64,000 nucleotides of DNA. Source: a bacterium. Its GTDB lineage: Bacteria > Electryoneota > Electryoneia > Electryoneales > Electryoneaceae. The position numbers and the translations under genes were made by a program. Position 1 is the stretch's first letter; the number at the start of each line of letters is the position of its first letter. The notes beneath the pieces are model-generated. The model was given only the letters and a program-made list of their open reading frames with translations, was not told the DNA's origin and searched no databases. This document shows, piece after piece, positions 1 to 10,347 of the stretch. The stretch is from NCBI GenBank assembly GCA_963675295.2, contig CAXXKJ010000002.1, positions 3,936,001 to 4,000,000 on the forward strand. Reading direction: 5' to 3'.

Positions 1-731
1 ACGGGGACATCATCCCGTCCCTTGACCGCGATCATCACGTCCCGGCCGACCCGTCCGAAGTCGGTGAACAGCGTTTCGATCGGGATGATGATGATGTTGT
101 CGCGTGAGTCGCCGAAGAAATTCCCCTGCTCCTCCAGGATACCGACGACGGTATAGACTTTCGACGCGATCCGGATATCCCGCCCGATGGGGTCGAGCGG
201 CCCGAATAATCTGTCGCGCACATCGACCCCGATGACCGCGACCCGCCGTGCGGAACGGTCGTCAATGTCCGTGATGTAGCGTCCGTATTCCGGGAGTGTG
301 CTGCCGACGATGGCGTGCTGCTGCTGGGTGCCGAGAATGCTGACGCGGTCGAGAGACTTGTCACGATAGGTGACCGAGCGTCCGGTCCACGCCATCGGGG
401 ATATCTCTTCCGCACCGACGATTCGTTCGCGCAGCTGATCGTACTGGTCCATGGTGACGCGCGGGCGGTTGATGTACTTCCACCAGTCATCGTCCCAGAC
501 CCACGGCCAGCGTTGCACGTATACGGTTTTCGCGCCGAGGAAGGAAATCTGGTCCTGGAAGGATTTGTTGAGTCCCTGGATGATCATCATCATCAGGGTG
601 ACGGTCACCACGCCAATGACGATGCCGAGGGTGGTCAGCGAGGCGCGGGTCTTGTTCGCCATCAGGGCGTTGTTCGCAATGATCAACCCCTCCCACAGCG
701 CCCGGCCCGCTCCGCGTAGTTTTCTACCCAT
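1..731 (-). CDS. MacB/YknZ-family ABC transporter permease (3' part outside window)
   Basis: Not in the ORF track. Manual translation from ATG at 731: MGRKLRG...ANKTRASLTTLGIVIGVVTVTLMM...RVAVIG...YTVVGIL, the typical MacB permease N-terminus; lies downstream of the ATPase. Confidence 0.9.
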   Translation of the reverse strand, partial: MGRKLRGAGRALWEGLIIANNALMANKTRASLTTLGIVIGVVTVTLMMMIIQGLNKSFQDQISFLGAKTVYVQRWPWVWDDDWWKYINRPRVTMDQYDQLRERIVGAEEISPMAWTGRSVTYRDKSLDRVSILGTQQQHAIVGSTLPEYGRYITDIDDRSARRVAVIGVDVRDRLFGPLDPIGRDIRIASKVYTVVGILEEQGNFFGDSRDNIIIIPIETLFTDFGRVGRDVMIAVKGRDDVP

Positions 732-755
732 GGTCTTCCCCTCGGACTTGCTGGT

Positions 756-1484
756 TTACGCGGATGCGATCACGGTGGATGATGCGATGCGTCGCGGTTC
801 CTGCTTTTCGTCGCTGCTGATCCTGCCGTCCAGCAGGCGCACGACGCGGTGCGAATAGGCCGCGATGTCCTCTTCATGCGTAACCAGGACGATGGTGTTG
901 CCGGACGCGTGCAGCTTCCCGAACAGGTCCATGATCTCGTAGCTGGTTGCGCTGTCGAGGTTACCGGTTGGTTCGTCCGCCAGCAGCAGGCTGGGGTCGT
1001 TGACCAGCGCACGTGCAACGGCGACACGCTGCCGCTGCCCGCCGGAAAGCTCGTTCGGCTTGTGCTTCATACGATCCTTGAGGCCGACCTTCTCCAGCGC
1101 ATACTCAACCTTCTCCTCGCGATCTTCCTTCGACATGCCGGCGTAAATCAATGGCAGTTCGACATTGTGGAACGCGTTTGCGCGTGGCAGCAGGTTGAAC
1201 GTCTGGAAAACGAAGCCGATGCGCCGGTTGCGGATGTCCGCGAGCTCATTGTCAGTCATCTCACCGACATTTTCCCCGGTCAGCAGGTAGGTGCCGCCGG
1301 TGGGCGTGTCGAGGCAGCCGATCAGGTTCATCAGGGTCGATTTGCCTGACCCGGACGGCCCCATGATCGAGACGTACTCGCCCTCGTCGATTTCCATGTC
1401 GACGCCATTCAAGGCGGGCACCTTGATGTCGCCGATCTCGTAAATCTTGCTGATGTTTTCAAGCTGGATGATTTTGCTCATCAC
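756..1484 (-). CDS. MacB/LolD-type ABC transporter ATP-binding protein
   Basis: Walker A GPSGSGKS, signature LSGGQRQR, Walker [17 protein letters not shown] switch. Confidence 0.95.
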   Translation of the reverse strand: MMSKIIQLENISKIYEIGDIKVPALNGVDMEIDEGEYVSIMGPSGSGKSTLMNLIGCLDTPTGGTYLLTGENVGEMTDNELADIRNRRIGFVFQTFNLLPRANAFHNVELPLIYAGMSKEDREEKVEYALEKVGLKDRMKHKPNELSGGQRQRVAVARALVNDPSLLLADEPTGNLDSATSYEIMDLFGKLHASGNTIVLVTHEEDIAAYSHRVVRLLDGRISSDEKQEPRRIASSTVIASA

Positions 1485-1501
1485 AGACTCCGTGCGGGAA
1501 A

Positions 1502-2902
1502 TCAGGACGCGGATGCATCCGCGGTTTCCACTTCTTCGATATTGCTGGCTTCGTCCTCGCCATCTTCAGCGAGTTCGACCTCACCCGGGCCCTCGTCCGG
1601 CGTGGCCTGCATGTCACCTTCACCGTCTCCATCCGGCTTGAACGGTGGTGTGAAATCGACGACGGTGCCGCTGTGCAGTTCGCGGGACAGAATCCGGAAC
1701 GGACCAGTCACGACAAGGTCACCTTGCTGCAGTCCGCTGACGATCTCAAAGTGGGTGTCGGAATAGATGCCGAGAGTCACCTGCTGCGCCCAGACGGTAT
1801 CATCACGGACGACGAAAACGACTTCCACCGGTTCCTCGCGGTCACCGAGACGCTGCATCTGACGGTGTTCGCCGTCGTTCTCTCCCTCATCGTTACCGCG
1901 CCTGTTCCCGTTTTCCGCCTCTCGGGCCTGCTTCGCGAAACGTTCTTCATCGCTCAGCAAGCGCACGGCAACCGCTTCCTGCGGCAGCACGACGGCGTTG
2001 GGACGGCGTTCGGTGACGATATCGACGGTGGCGCTCATGCCGGGACGCAGGGTCTGGACGAAATCGTCAATGGCGACTGTGACCATGAAGTTGGTGACTT
2101 CCTCGGCGGTTCCGCTGCCTGAGACTGTGCCGGAGTGGGCGATCTCGGTGACATGACCCTTGAAGGTGGTATCCGGCATGGCAAACACTTCGACGTCAAC
2201 ATCATCGCCGATGTCCACAAGTACGACGTCGTTTTCGTTCACCTCGACCTCGACTTCCATCGAGTCGAGCCGGCTGACGACCATGATCACGTCCTGGCTG
2301 AACTGTGAACCGATCGCCATCTCCCCGACCTCCTTGCTGAGGCGGGTGATGATACCATCCAGCGGAGCGTAGATGCGGGTCTTGTCGAAGCGGTCGCGCG
2401 ATTGCTCGAGCTGTGCGCGTGTGCGTTCGACATCTGCTTCAAGGCGTTTCACCGCGGCGGTCGCCGTTTCCAGATCCGCCTGGCTGGCGAGGCTGGCTTC
2501 GGCCAGTTCGCGCACACGCTTCAGCTTGCTCTGGTTTTCTTCCAGACTGGCTTCGTAGCTGCGGAGGAGGTATTCCATCTGCTCGACATCGGCGCGGTAC
2601 TCTTCGTCCTCGATGCGCACGAGCATGTCACCCTTCTCGACATGATCGCCTTCTTCGCCGCCGAGGAACAGGATCTGTCCGGACACATTCGAGCTGATGT
2701 TGACTTCGGTCTTCGGCTGCACCTTGCCGGATGCGGTGACGGTTTGCGCGAGGCTGTCGGTCACGGCTTCGGCGACGTCGACGTCAATCGCCTTCGGACC
2801 ACGCTTGGTCATAATGTTGGCCGTCACGAGTCCGCCAACAATCACGACCACGGCGATGATGATCCAGATTTTGGCTTTGCTCTTCTTCTTTTTTCGACTC
2901 AC
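1502..2902 (-). CDS. MacA/YknX-type periplasmic adaptor (membrane fusion protein)
   Basis: N-terminal TM helix, ASGKVQP...[10 protein letters not shown] lipoyl halves, coiled coil, [11 protein letters not shown] motif. Confidence 0.92.
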   Translation of the reverse strand: MSRKKKKSKAKIWIIIAVVVIVGGLVTANIMTKRGPKAIDVDVAEAVTDSLAQTVTASGKVQPKTEVNISSNVSGQILFLGGEEGDHVEKGDMLVRIEDEEYRADVEQMEYLLRSYEASLEENQSKLKRVRELAEASLASQADLETATAAVKRLEADVERTRAQLEQSRDRFDKTRIYAPLDGIITRLSKEVGEMAIGSQFSQDVIMVVSRLDSMEVEVEVNENDVVLVDIGDDVDVEVFAMPDTTFKGHVTEIAHSGTVSGSGTAEEVTNFMVTVAIDDFVQTLRPGMSATVDIVTERRPNAVVLPQEAVAVRLLSDEERFAKQAREAENGNRRGNDEGENDGEHRQMQRLGDREEPVEVVFVVRDDTVWAQQVTLGIYSDTHFEIVSGLQQGDLVVTGPFRILSRELHSGTVVDFTPPFKPDGDGEGDMQATPDEGPGEVELAEDGEDEASNIEEVETADASAS

Positions 2903-4296
2903 CGTGCAATCTCCTCCAAGGGCATCCCGAGGTCACGCTCGAGAGTGGCCATTGTCGTGAAAAAGTCCAGAACTCGTGCCAGATATTCCCGTTCAGCGGA
3001 TACAAAGGTCACTTGGGCACTGCGCAGATTGAGTTGATCGGATACACCGACACGATACCGTTCCTGCTCGAGGTTAAGCTGGCGGCGCGCCAGTTCACGG
3101 TTGCGGTCGGCGACTTCGATTTGCTGGTAGGTGCTGGTCAACGTGCGCCACTGACGGCGGACGTCGGCCGCAACGGACTGCTCAAATTGATGGGTATCCC
3201 ACATCGACTTGCGCTTGGTGATCACGGCCCGCTCCCGTTGCACTTCACGGGTGAACCCGTCAAACAGGGTCCAGTTCAGGGACAGACCATAGTACATATT
3301 CCAATCATCCGGATACAGATGCCACTTCCACGAATTTGCACCATCACCTTCGGAACGGCCATACTGTGCAAACGCGGAAGCCGTCGGTATGTACTGTGAT
3401 AGATAAGATTTAGCTGCGTAGTCGTTGATATCAACCAGATTTCGTTGTTGTTCCAGATCCGGTCGTGCGCGCAAGGCAATGCTAATCAGCGAATCTGGAT
3501 TCATCTCTGGTAATCGTGGTTCAAGGTTGCCAGCAACCGAATACTCACTTTCCAGGTCGAGTCCGATCGCAAGGTTGAGCATTTCGTGCGCATTTCGCAG
3601 AGCCTGTTCTGCACTCAGGACAGAATTCTCTTGCGTCCCAAGGTCAATCTCCGCTTGCATCACGTCTAGCTCAATCACATCACCGGTTTCGAAACGGGCC
3701 TTGGCGAGCCGGTGTGCTTCCCGGCGCTGGTTGAGAATCTCCTGCTCCACCTGCAACGCTCGTTCTGCTGCCATAACGCTGTAGGCTGCGGATTTTACAT
3801 CGCTTACCAGTTCATCATATGAGCGTTCAGTAGCCAAGTAAGTGTTTTCTACCTGTAATTGCGCCTGACGGTAGCCATAGTATCTGGAGAAGCCATCGAA
3901 CAAGGTCTCATTCGCAGAAAAGCTCCACCCACTGGAGCTGGATTTTCCACTCGAAGTCAATGTATCCAAGAGCCCCAAGGGGTTCTGATAGATGATCTCG
4001 CCCTTTTCAGTCACGGTATTAGACCACGTCGCGCCAGCGGACAGGGTGGGCAGGAACTGTCCAATCGCCCCGGCTCGCAGTTCCGGGATCAACTCCTGGT
4101 CTTCCAGGCTCTGCCGGTAGGCCGCCCGGTTGTCCTGCGCGAGGTCGATCAACCGGGAGAGAGGGACGGGATCATCGGAGTTCAGCACCGGCGGCGTGAA
4201 GGTCTCGGCGGTTGCCGGTACGATGCTCAGTCCAAGCAGCATGACCAGAACCAGCATGGTCGGGATTATCGTACCCATAATCTGCCTGCGCGGCAT
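2899..4296 (-). CDS. TolC-family outer membrane efflux protein
   Basis: Signal peptide, two OEP repeats (ARFETGDVIELDVMQA; ERYRVGVSDQLNLRSA); start chosen at ATG 4296 behind a GGAGGAG SD. Confidence 0.9.
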   Translation of the reverse strand: MPRRQIMGTIIPTMLVLVMLLGLSIVPATAETFTPPVLNSDDPVPLSRLIDLAQDNRAAYRQSLEDQELIPELRAGAIGQFLPTLSAGATWSNTVTEKGEIIYQNPLGLLDTLTSSGKSSSSGWSFSANETLFDGFSRYYGYRQAQLQVENTYLATERSYDELVSDVKSAAYSVMAAERALQVEQEILNQRREAHRLAKARFETGDVIELDVMQAEIDLGTQENSVLSAEQALRNAHEMLNLAIGLDLESEYSVAGNLEPRLPEMNPDSLISIALRARPDLEQQRNLVDINDYAAKSYLSQYIPTASAFAQYGRSEGDGANSWKWHLYPDDWNMYYGLSLNWTLFDGFTREVQRERAVITKRKSMWDTHQFEQSVAADVRRQWRTLTSTYQQIEVADRNRELARRQLNLEQERYRVGVSDQLNLRSAQVTFVSAEREYLARVLDFFTTMATLERDLGMPLEEIAR

Positions 4297-4409
4297 AATC
4301 GCAACTCCTCCCTGAAGTGATGTTTCACTTCTATGGACTGTGTGAGGGGGGTTCGAGTTACAGCACTCCGAGCCGAACATTCAACTCTCCGAGAATTCCT
4401 GCGAAATAC

Positions 4410-4438
4410 GGGGACATCACGAAATTTCTGATGTCCCC
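4410..4438. repeat. GGGGACA...TGTCCCC hairpin (REP-like family D)
   Basis: ggggacatcacgaaatttctgatgtcccc, near-perfect inverted repeat. Confidence 0.7.
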
Positions 4439-4495
4439 ATCACGCTCTTGTCAGTGCTGCTGAAAGTGTAACCTGTTTCCGACCGGAAAGGATCC

Positions 4496-5323
4496 TCAGC
4501 CAGCCATCGGGTTGAAGGCGTTGGTCAGGATGTAGGTAAGCGCTGCGGGCAGTATAACAAATACAATGAGCCCCCAGACGATCCCGAGTCCACGTCCAAT
4601 CTTGCCCATGATACTGAGGCCGATACCGGCGACAATCGACTCCCAGACGGAGAAGATGGTGACCGTTGCAGCCGCGGCGTGCAAGGCGCTTGTCGGATTC
4701 GACTTGGTCAGGATGCCGAGGCCGAGGTGCCCACCCTGCGCGTCCTGGGTCAACATGATGAGAAGCCCCATCAGCAACATCCCAATCGAGCCGATGACCC
4801 CGGCGTACCATGTCATCGACCAATAGGTACCAAACTTGGCGTTGCCGTTGTGGATGATGTTTCCGATCAACAGCAGCAGGATCGACATCACCAGGGAGAT
4901 AATGAAGATGACGACAATCGTACCGATCAGCATGGTGATCCGTCCGCCCATGCCTTCCTGAAATCTGGCGGATACTTCCATTGCCTGGTCGGCCTGTTCC
5001 TGTGTCATCGACCCCTGTGCCACACGTTCCTGCATCTGATCGCGGGCGCGATCCATCTGCTCTTCTCCCAGATACGGCCCGGCGAGTAACACATACAGGG
5101 TCGAACAGACCAGGAATACCAGCAATGGGGCCAGCCAGCCACCATTGAGTTTGACGCCACGCATGGCTTCCGCGGGCGACAACAACACGGCGGTTATCCG
5201 CTGCCAACGGTTGACCGCAACCCCTTCCTCTTCTTCCACGACAGCGTCCGCTGTCACCTGCGGTTCCTCGACCTCCGGGGCGGATGTCGCCTGCGGATCG
5301 TCCTGTGTGGTCATCATCGCCAT
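4496..5323 (-). CDS. Yip1/YknW-like membrane protein
   Basis: VLLSPAEAM N-terminal Yip1-like motif, about five hydrophobic segments, SD GGGAGA before ATG 5323; upstream of the efflux genes. Confidence 0.75.
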   Translation of the reverse strand: MAMMTTQDDPQATSAPEVEEPQVTADAVVEEEEGVAVNRWQRITAVLLSPAEAMRGVKLNGGWLAPLLVFLVCSTLYVLLAGPYLGEEQMDRARDQMQERVAQGSMTQEQADQAMEVSARFQEGMGGRITMLIGTIVVIFIISLVMSILLLLIGNIIHNGNAKFGTYWSMTWYAGVIGSIGMLLMGLLIMLTQDAQGGHLGLGILTKSNPTSALHAAAATVTIFSVWESIVAGIGLSIMGKIGRGLGIVWGLIVFVILPAALTYILTNAFNPMAG

Positions 5324-5482
5324 GTCTCCCTGTGAACAAATGAACGAAGCGAACCCTGATTGTGATGGAAAATCGACAGACAGACAAGTAAGTAACGGAA
5401 TTCCACACTCCTTCGGAAGCATGGAGTTGCTGGCGATCTCCCACCCGAGAGACTCAGGTTTTCGTGAATCGGTTACTCAGGA

Positions 5483-5581
5483 GACGCAACGGATGCAAGG
5501 GAGGCAAATGACGCCAAGGACGCAAGGGATGCAAAAGACGCAAAGGATGCCAAGGACGCAAGAGATGCAACGGATGCAAAA
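5483..5581. repeat. Degenerate 9-bp tandem repeat, 11 units (GAYGCAAnn)
   Basis: gacgcaacg gatgcaagg gaggcaaat gacgccaag gacgcaagg gatgcaaaa gacgcaaag gatgccaag gacgcaaga gatgcaacg gatgcaaaa. Confidence 0.9.
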
Positions 5582-5666
5582 ACAAACAAGCCACAGATCA
5601 GATCTGTGGCCTGTTACCAACCGGTTCTGAAGCTTTTCTTTGCTTCTGTTGCTTCTGTTGCTTCAA

Positions 5667-7118
5667 TCACTTCACCAGCACCACTCGTGTCGCGGCTTGC
5701 CAGGAACCGGTTGTCAGCTGGCAGAGGTAGGTTCCGCTAGCGAGACCGTCCGCATTCAACGAGTACAGTTGCTCGCCGCCGGTCAGGGTCAGCGCATCGT
5801 GGTACACTTGCTGTCCCTCGGCGTTGATCAGGTTGACGGCCACCTCGCCCGGTCGTTCCAGCTTGAACGTCAGTTTGACCTCTCCGTTGAACGGATTCGG
5901 GTAAGCCCGCAGCAGCCCGTGCCGGTCCGGAACCTGCTCCTCGCCTTCCGGAACCGAGTTGATTTCTTCCGCGAGTTTGATCAGGCAGGCGTCATACCCT
6001 CCCTCGCCGCTGTCGGTGTAGCCGGCGATGATGTGGCCTCCGTCCGCCGTCGGCTTCATGTCAAACGCCCACTCAACCACGTCCGCTTCGCCGATCTGCG
6101 TGCGCCAGACCGTATACCCGTTGGCGTCAACGCGAACCAGCAGCATATCGTTCTTGTCGGTGGTGTAATCCTTGGTGATCCCGGAGATGATGCAGCCGCC
6201 GTCCGCCAAGGCGCAGACCGTGCGCGCATAGTCGTAGAACGTGGTCATGCCGTAGCGGAAGTTCCATGTCCACGTGCCATCCAGATCGGCCCGTGCCGCG
6301 AAGGCCTGGTACAGGTCCGAGTTGTGCTGGTCGGCCTGCCCGGCGACAAAGACGCCGGTACCGTCGTGGGTCAGGCAGGCGGCATGGCCCCAGTCGGAGT
6401 TGCCGATGTGGCGGTAGGTTTCCCAAAGCTCGTAGCCGTCCGGATCGACTCCGACGAGATACGCGTCCCGGTTACCAGTGAACGATCCGGTCGTGCCGGC
6501 GAGGATAAAGTTGCCATCCGGTGTTTCGACGACAGATTCGCCCCACTCTTCCTGATCTTCGCCGAATTCCTGGGACCAGAGCAGGTCACCGTCCTCGCTC
6601 AAGCGATGCAGCGTTGCCTGGAACCAGGTGTCGTTGCTGCCAGTTTCGGTGTAGCCGGCGACGGCGTATCCGCCTGCCGACACCGGAATGACGCACCAGC
6701 CCTCGTCGTTTTCAAACGTGCCATCGAGGTACTCCCAAACCAGGGTGCCGTTCGCATCGGTTTTGATCACCCACAGGTCACGCCAACCGGACCCCAACGA
6801 GGTGGTGTAGCCGGTAAGGACATAGCCGCCATCCGGCGCTGCACACAAACCCATCCCAGCCTCGCGCAGATCTCCGCCAAAAGTGGTGGACCACTGTTCG
6901 CTACCGTCGGCGTCGACTTTCACCAGCCAGATATCCGGATCGCCGTACTGGGTGTCGCGTGTAGTGCCAACGAACGCGTAGCCACCGTCCGCGGTCTGGA
7001 TCACGCATCGCGCCTGTTCGTTGGCGGCGCTGCCGTAGGTGTGGGTCCATTCAACGTCTGGCTGTGCAAACGCCACGGACACTATCAGCAGCAGCATAGT
7101 CACAAGGATCGGTTTCAT
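5667..7118 (-). CDS. Secreted beta-propeller repeat protein with T9SS/FlgD-like C-terminal sorting domain
   Basis: Signal peptide, repeats of QTADGGY...WLVKVDADG..W, C-terminal AYPNPFN...LASGTYL...RVVLVK. Confidence 0.85.
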   Translation of the reverse strand: MKPILVTMLLLIVSVAFAQPDVEWTHTYGSAANEQARCVIQTADGGYAFVGTTRDTQYGDPDIWLVKVDADGSEQWSTTFGGDLREAGMGLCAAPDGGYVLTGYTTSLGSGWRDLWVIKTDANGTLVWEYLDGTFENDEGWCVIPVSAGGYAVAGYTETGSNDTWFQATLHRLSEDGDLLWSQEFGEDQEEWGESVVETPDGNFILAGTTGSFTGNRDAYLVGVDPDGYELWETYRHIGNSDWGHAACLTHDGTGVFVAGQADQHNSDLYQAFAARADLDGTWTWNFRYGMTTFYDYARTVCALADGGCIISGITKDYTTDKNDMLLVRVDANGYTVWRTQIGEADVVEWAFDMKPTADGGHIIAGYTDSGEGGYDACLIKLAEEINSVPEGEEQVPDRHGLLRAYPNPFNGEVKLTFKLERPGEVAVNLINAEGQQVYHDALTLTGGEQLYSLNADGLASGTYLCQLTTGSWQAATRVVLVK

Positions 7119-7768
7119 TGGTCGTCCTCCCGGTCCACGATGGACGCCAGTTCGATTGCATCCGCGATCTTTTCCGCGTTCTGCAGGTGGTAGTACATGC
7201 TGCGAGTGCCGGTGATGATGAAGTGATCGAGCACCGGCGGCACACCCTCCCCGGCGAAATACGCGCCAGCGTTGATGTACTCGTTCAGGTAGTCATCGTT
7301 GCCGCTGACCGTTACCCCGTTGATCACACCGGCTGCCGCCAGCACACGCACCCCCGAGCAGTAGGCCGCGATGGGGATGTTGACGTCATGCGCGTCCGCC
7401 AGCAGATCCAGCGTGTGCTGATCGCCCATCAGGTCGGTCATCGGGTCGCCGTAGTACGAGCTCGCGGTGGTGATGATGACCGCGTCATACTCGGTGATGT
7501 CGCTGATGTCGCTGAGCAGCAGGTCAACGGTCATCGGCGAGGCGTGAAACTGGCCCGTCCACGGGCAATTGGCGACCGTGGCGGTCAGCCCGGCGGTAGT
7601 GACATCCCAGCCGAAGTTTTCGTAATCGTCGAGGTAGAGGTAGGTGTTCGCGCCGAAGTAATGCGGGAAGATGACCAGCACGTGCTGCGCGGATGCGGTT
7701 GCGGCCAGCAGCAACGTCAACATGCCGATCATCGCCAGTTGAAGCAACAACGGTTTTCGTTGTCTCAT
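7115..7768 (-). CDS. DJ-1/PfpI-family protein with signal peptide
   Basis: EYDAVII and IAAYCSGVRVLAAAG nucleophile elbow; AxA signal peptide; ATGA overlap with the next gene. Confidence 0.8.
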   Translation of the reverse strand: MRQRKPLLLQLAMIGMLTLLLAATASAQHVLVIFPHYFGANTYLYLDDYENFGWDVTTAGLTATVANCPWTGQFHASPMTVDLLLSDISDITEYDAVIITTASSYYGDPMTDLMGDQHTLDLLADAHDVNIPIAAYCSGVRVLAAAGVINGVTVSGNDDYLNEYINAGAYFAGEGVPPVLDHFIITGTRSMYYHLQNAEKIADAIELASIVDREDDQ

Positions 7769-8014
7769 GCGTCCCCCGAAATCGTGTATACGTCACGCCT
7801 GAAGCCGCGGGCGACAACCAACAGCCCGCTTCAGGCTATCGTTCAGTGCGGATAGATCGTGCCATGTGAGCGTCGCGTTGACGGACGGGGGGAAACGCGT
7901 CGCCGGTATGGTTACGCATGGACCGGAACAGCGGAAATCAAGCAGGGGCCCGATCCTGGGACCGGGCCCCGCATGGGCAGGTTTCAAAACCTGGGCTGGA
8001 TGCTCTCCAGGCGT

Positions 8015-9523
8015 TCAGCGATGGGTTCGCGATGACACGTTGGCCTCAGGCCATGCAACGCAGGCGGGGGAGTTGGACTGTCCGTCAGAGTGTGACGCAT
8101 CGTGGATCGTGAACGTGAAACAGGCCTGCTGCGATGCGTTTGGGTACTCTCCGGTGCGCAGGATATACACCCACTCCCCGGCATGGACTCCGACCGGCGC
8201 GAAGCGGTGAAGCATCCTGGTGATCGTCTCGCAGGCAGGAATCGTAACATCCTCCCACATCCGTATCGGTTCTGTCGGGTACCCACTAGGCGTGCACGCC
8301 ATCACCCAGACGTCGGTGAAAGTGTCATTGTCGAGCGTGTTGATCAGTTGACCGTACCAGTGCAGTACGCCGGGCGGCTCTATCACGACTCCCGGCCGGG
8401 GTGTTTTCGCGCTGACAACCAGGTCGTTGGGAATCCGGTTGAACTTGATGATGTACGCTTCCTGCTCTTCGTCCGGACCGGTGTAATACGATCCAGCGAG
8501 TATCAGCTCTTGCGACTGCGAGATCAGCATCCGCGAACAATCAGGACCGGGATCGTTCAGCGAACCCGGAACGGTATATTGATCCAGCCAGTGCATGTGC
8601 TGATAGCAGATGTCGTAGCATTTCATCAGAACGCCACCGTCGCCCTCCGCTTCGTAGGACAGGTAGCCTCCATGGGGCATCAGCACGACCGGATTCGGCC
8701 AGTCGCCGAGGTGGGCGAGGACATCTCCGTCCGGTGAGATTCGAATGAAAGTGTGGGTCAAATCATCGTTCACCGGGAAGCTGCCATGCAGCATCAAGTT
8801 GCCGTCCGCTTCCTGGATGATGCCGTCCACGACGGGTGACCATCCGGCATAGTCGGTGATTTCAGTGTGCAAGTACAGGTTGCCATTCGCATACAGGAAG
8901 TAGACGTGAATGTTTCCAGAATCATCAGTCCCCACAGATGCGATCGCTTCGGTGCTGGTCTCAATCGCTTCGACGCCAATCTCGCCAAGAGAACCCATCG
9001 GTACGGACCAGATGGTGGTACCGTCAGCATTGAGCTTCATCACCCTGTGCCGGGTCGATTGTTGGCTGGCAACTGTTCCGCCTGACACATAGCGCCCCTC
9101 GCTCATCGGGTTGAGATGCTGATGGCGCCCGTCCAACTCGATAATCCAATTAAACCCCTGGGCCAGGTCATACTCGCCGTAGGTGCTACTCTGGTCGTAC
9201 GTATCGGGCAGATCGATGCCAATCAGCAACCGGCCCTCATTGAGTGCTACCAGCGGCGCGCCGGTCACGACCTTGGGAATGGTGACACGATCCAGCAGTG
9301 TTCCGTCCTCGAAATCGTAGCGGAAGAATTCGACGCCGTTGTCACCGTTTGCGGATGCGACGATGTCACCGTTTGCGAGCTGTGCCATCGCGCGGAAGTC
9401 GTCGATCTCGGTGCCACCGATCTGGGATTGCCAGATGGTGCTTAGTTGCGCACTGGATGTTACGGCCAGGGTGATGAAAAGTGCGAGGATACAACAGAGG
9501 TGTAGGCCGAGCCTGGTTGTCAT
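8015..9523 (-). CDS. Secreted divergent beta-propeller protein with C-terminal Ig-like module
   Basis: Signal peptide; C-terminal VVIEPPG...DVWVMACTPSG...GEWVYILRTGEYP...CFTF resembles the module in the 17.7-23.3 kb paralogs. Confidence 0.7.
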   Translation of the reverse strand: MTTRLGLHLCCILALFITLAVTSSAQLSTIWQSQIGGTEIDDFRAMAQLANGDIVASANGDNGVEFFRYDFEDGTLLDRVTIPKVVTGAPLVALNEGRLLIGIDLPDTYDQSSTYGEYDLAQGFNWIIELDGRHQHLNPMSEGRYVSGGTVASQQSTRHRVMKLNADGTTIWSVPMGSLGEIGVEAIETSTEAIASVGTDDSGNIHVYFLYANGNLYLHTEITDYAGWSPVVDGIIQEADGNLMLHGSFPVNDDLTHTFIRISPDGDVLAHLGDWPNPVVLMPHGGYLSYEAEGDGGVLMKCYDICYQHMHWLDQYTVPGSLNDPGPDCSRMLISQSQELILAGSYYTGPDEEQEAYIIKFNRIPNDLVVSAKTPRPGVVIEPPGVLHWYGQLINTLDNDTFTDVWVMACTPSGYPTEPIRMWEDVTIPACETITRMLHRFAPVGVHAGEWVYILRTGEYPNASQQACFTFTIHDASHSDGQSNSPACVAWPEANVSSRTHR

Positions 9524-9764
9524 GATCAGTTCCCCCCTTACTTGATGCGAATCTGCCGGCTGGTCAGGCTACTGAAATGTACACTGTTCCGCGGAGTGAC
9601 AACAGGTTGGCTGAATTTTTTGTCAATTCTCCGAACGGGCAAACATACCCTGTAAAGTCAATAGCTGCTGGATTTGTAGTCGCTGACGGAAGATCTGGAC
9701 TCGGGGAGTACAGTGATCAGCTGTCAATGGTCCTTAGCTCATCACTCACCACTCACAACTGAAA

Positions 9765-10247
9765 TCAAAACCCTACCCCCGGCAGCCTGAGCACCCGCCG
9801 TGCGAGGCTGATCTGGCCGATGTGGTACATCTCGTGCTGCGTGTAGACGAACAGGTCCTGCGCACGGGTCGGTGGTTTGCCGAGGATGGTGCTGTCGAGG
9901 GTCGCGCTGAGTGCATCCTTGCTCAACGAATCGAGCATCCGGTTGATCAGGTCGAAGCTGAGCGGGATCAACGCCTTGAGCTCATCAAAGGACAGCGCCG
10001 GATGGTCTTCCGGCGTGCTGCCGGTGGTGTAATTGCTAAAGTCGGGGATGGTCGCCGGGAGGGTGACACCGTTCTTCGCCACCGCCTCGAAGCGTTCGGC
10101 GAGGATGTGGCCAAGGATCCAGTGGATCGTGTTGCCGCCGTTCGGGGGACGGGTCAACGCGAGCTCCGGCGTGACGTCCTTGAGGTACACGTTTACCTGG
10201 CTCTGGCTGACCGCGAAGGCGAGTTTGAGGTCGTCGGGGGTCATCAA
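9765..10247 (-). CDS. DinB/YfiT-family protein
   Basis: NTIHWILGH and HEMYHIGQI metal-binding His motifs. Confidence 0.85.
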   Translation of the reverse strand: MMTPDDLKLAFAVSQSQVNVYLKDVTPELALTRPPNGGNTIHWILGHILAERFEAVAKNGVTLPATIPDFSNYTTGSTPEDHPALSFDELKALIPLSFDLINRMLDSLSKDALSATLDSTILGKPPTRAQDLFVYTQHEMYHIGQISLARRVLRLPGVGF

Positions 10248-10281
10248 TCGCTCCTGGATTCGGGGAATCGAATATAGATAA

Positions 10282-10313
10282 CAAACCGCCCGGCAATGAG
10301 CACCGGACGGTTT
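10282..10313 (-). terminator. Hairpin downstream of htpG
   Basis: caaaccgcccgg...ccggacggtttg, followed on the minus strand by a T-rich run. Confidence 0.6.
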
Positions 10314-10347
10314 GTAGAATTGGAAGAAGTACTGCCTGGAGGCAGGA

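Noticed and set aside
3280-4020. Lower-GC patch within tolC
   Set aside because: Modest by eye with no clear boundaries; cannot be separated from codon-usage noise without computation.
7793-8017. TGA readthrough (Sec) extending 8015-9523 into a CTD
   Set aside because: Downstream frame shows no NPFN/CTD similarity.
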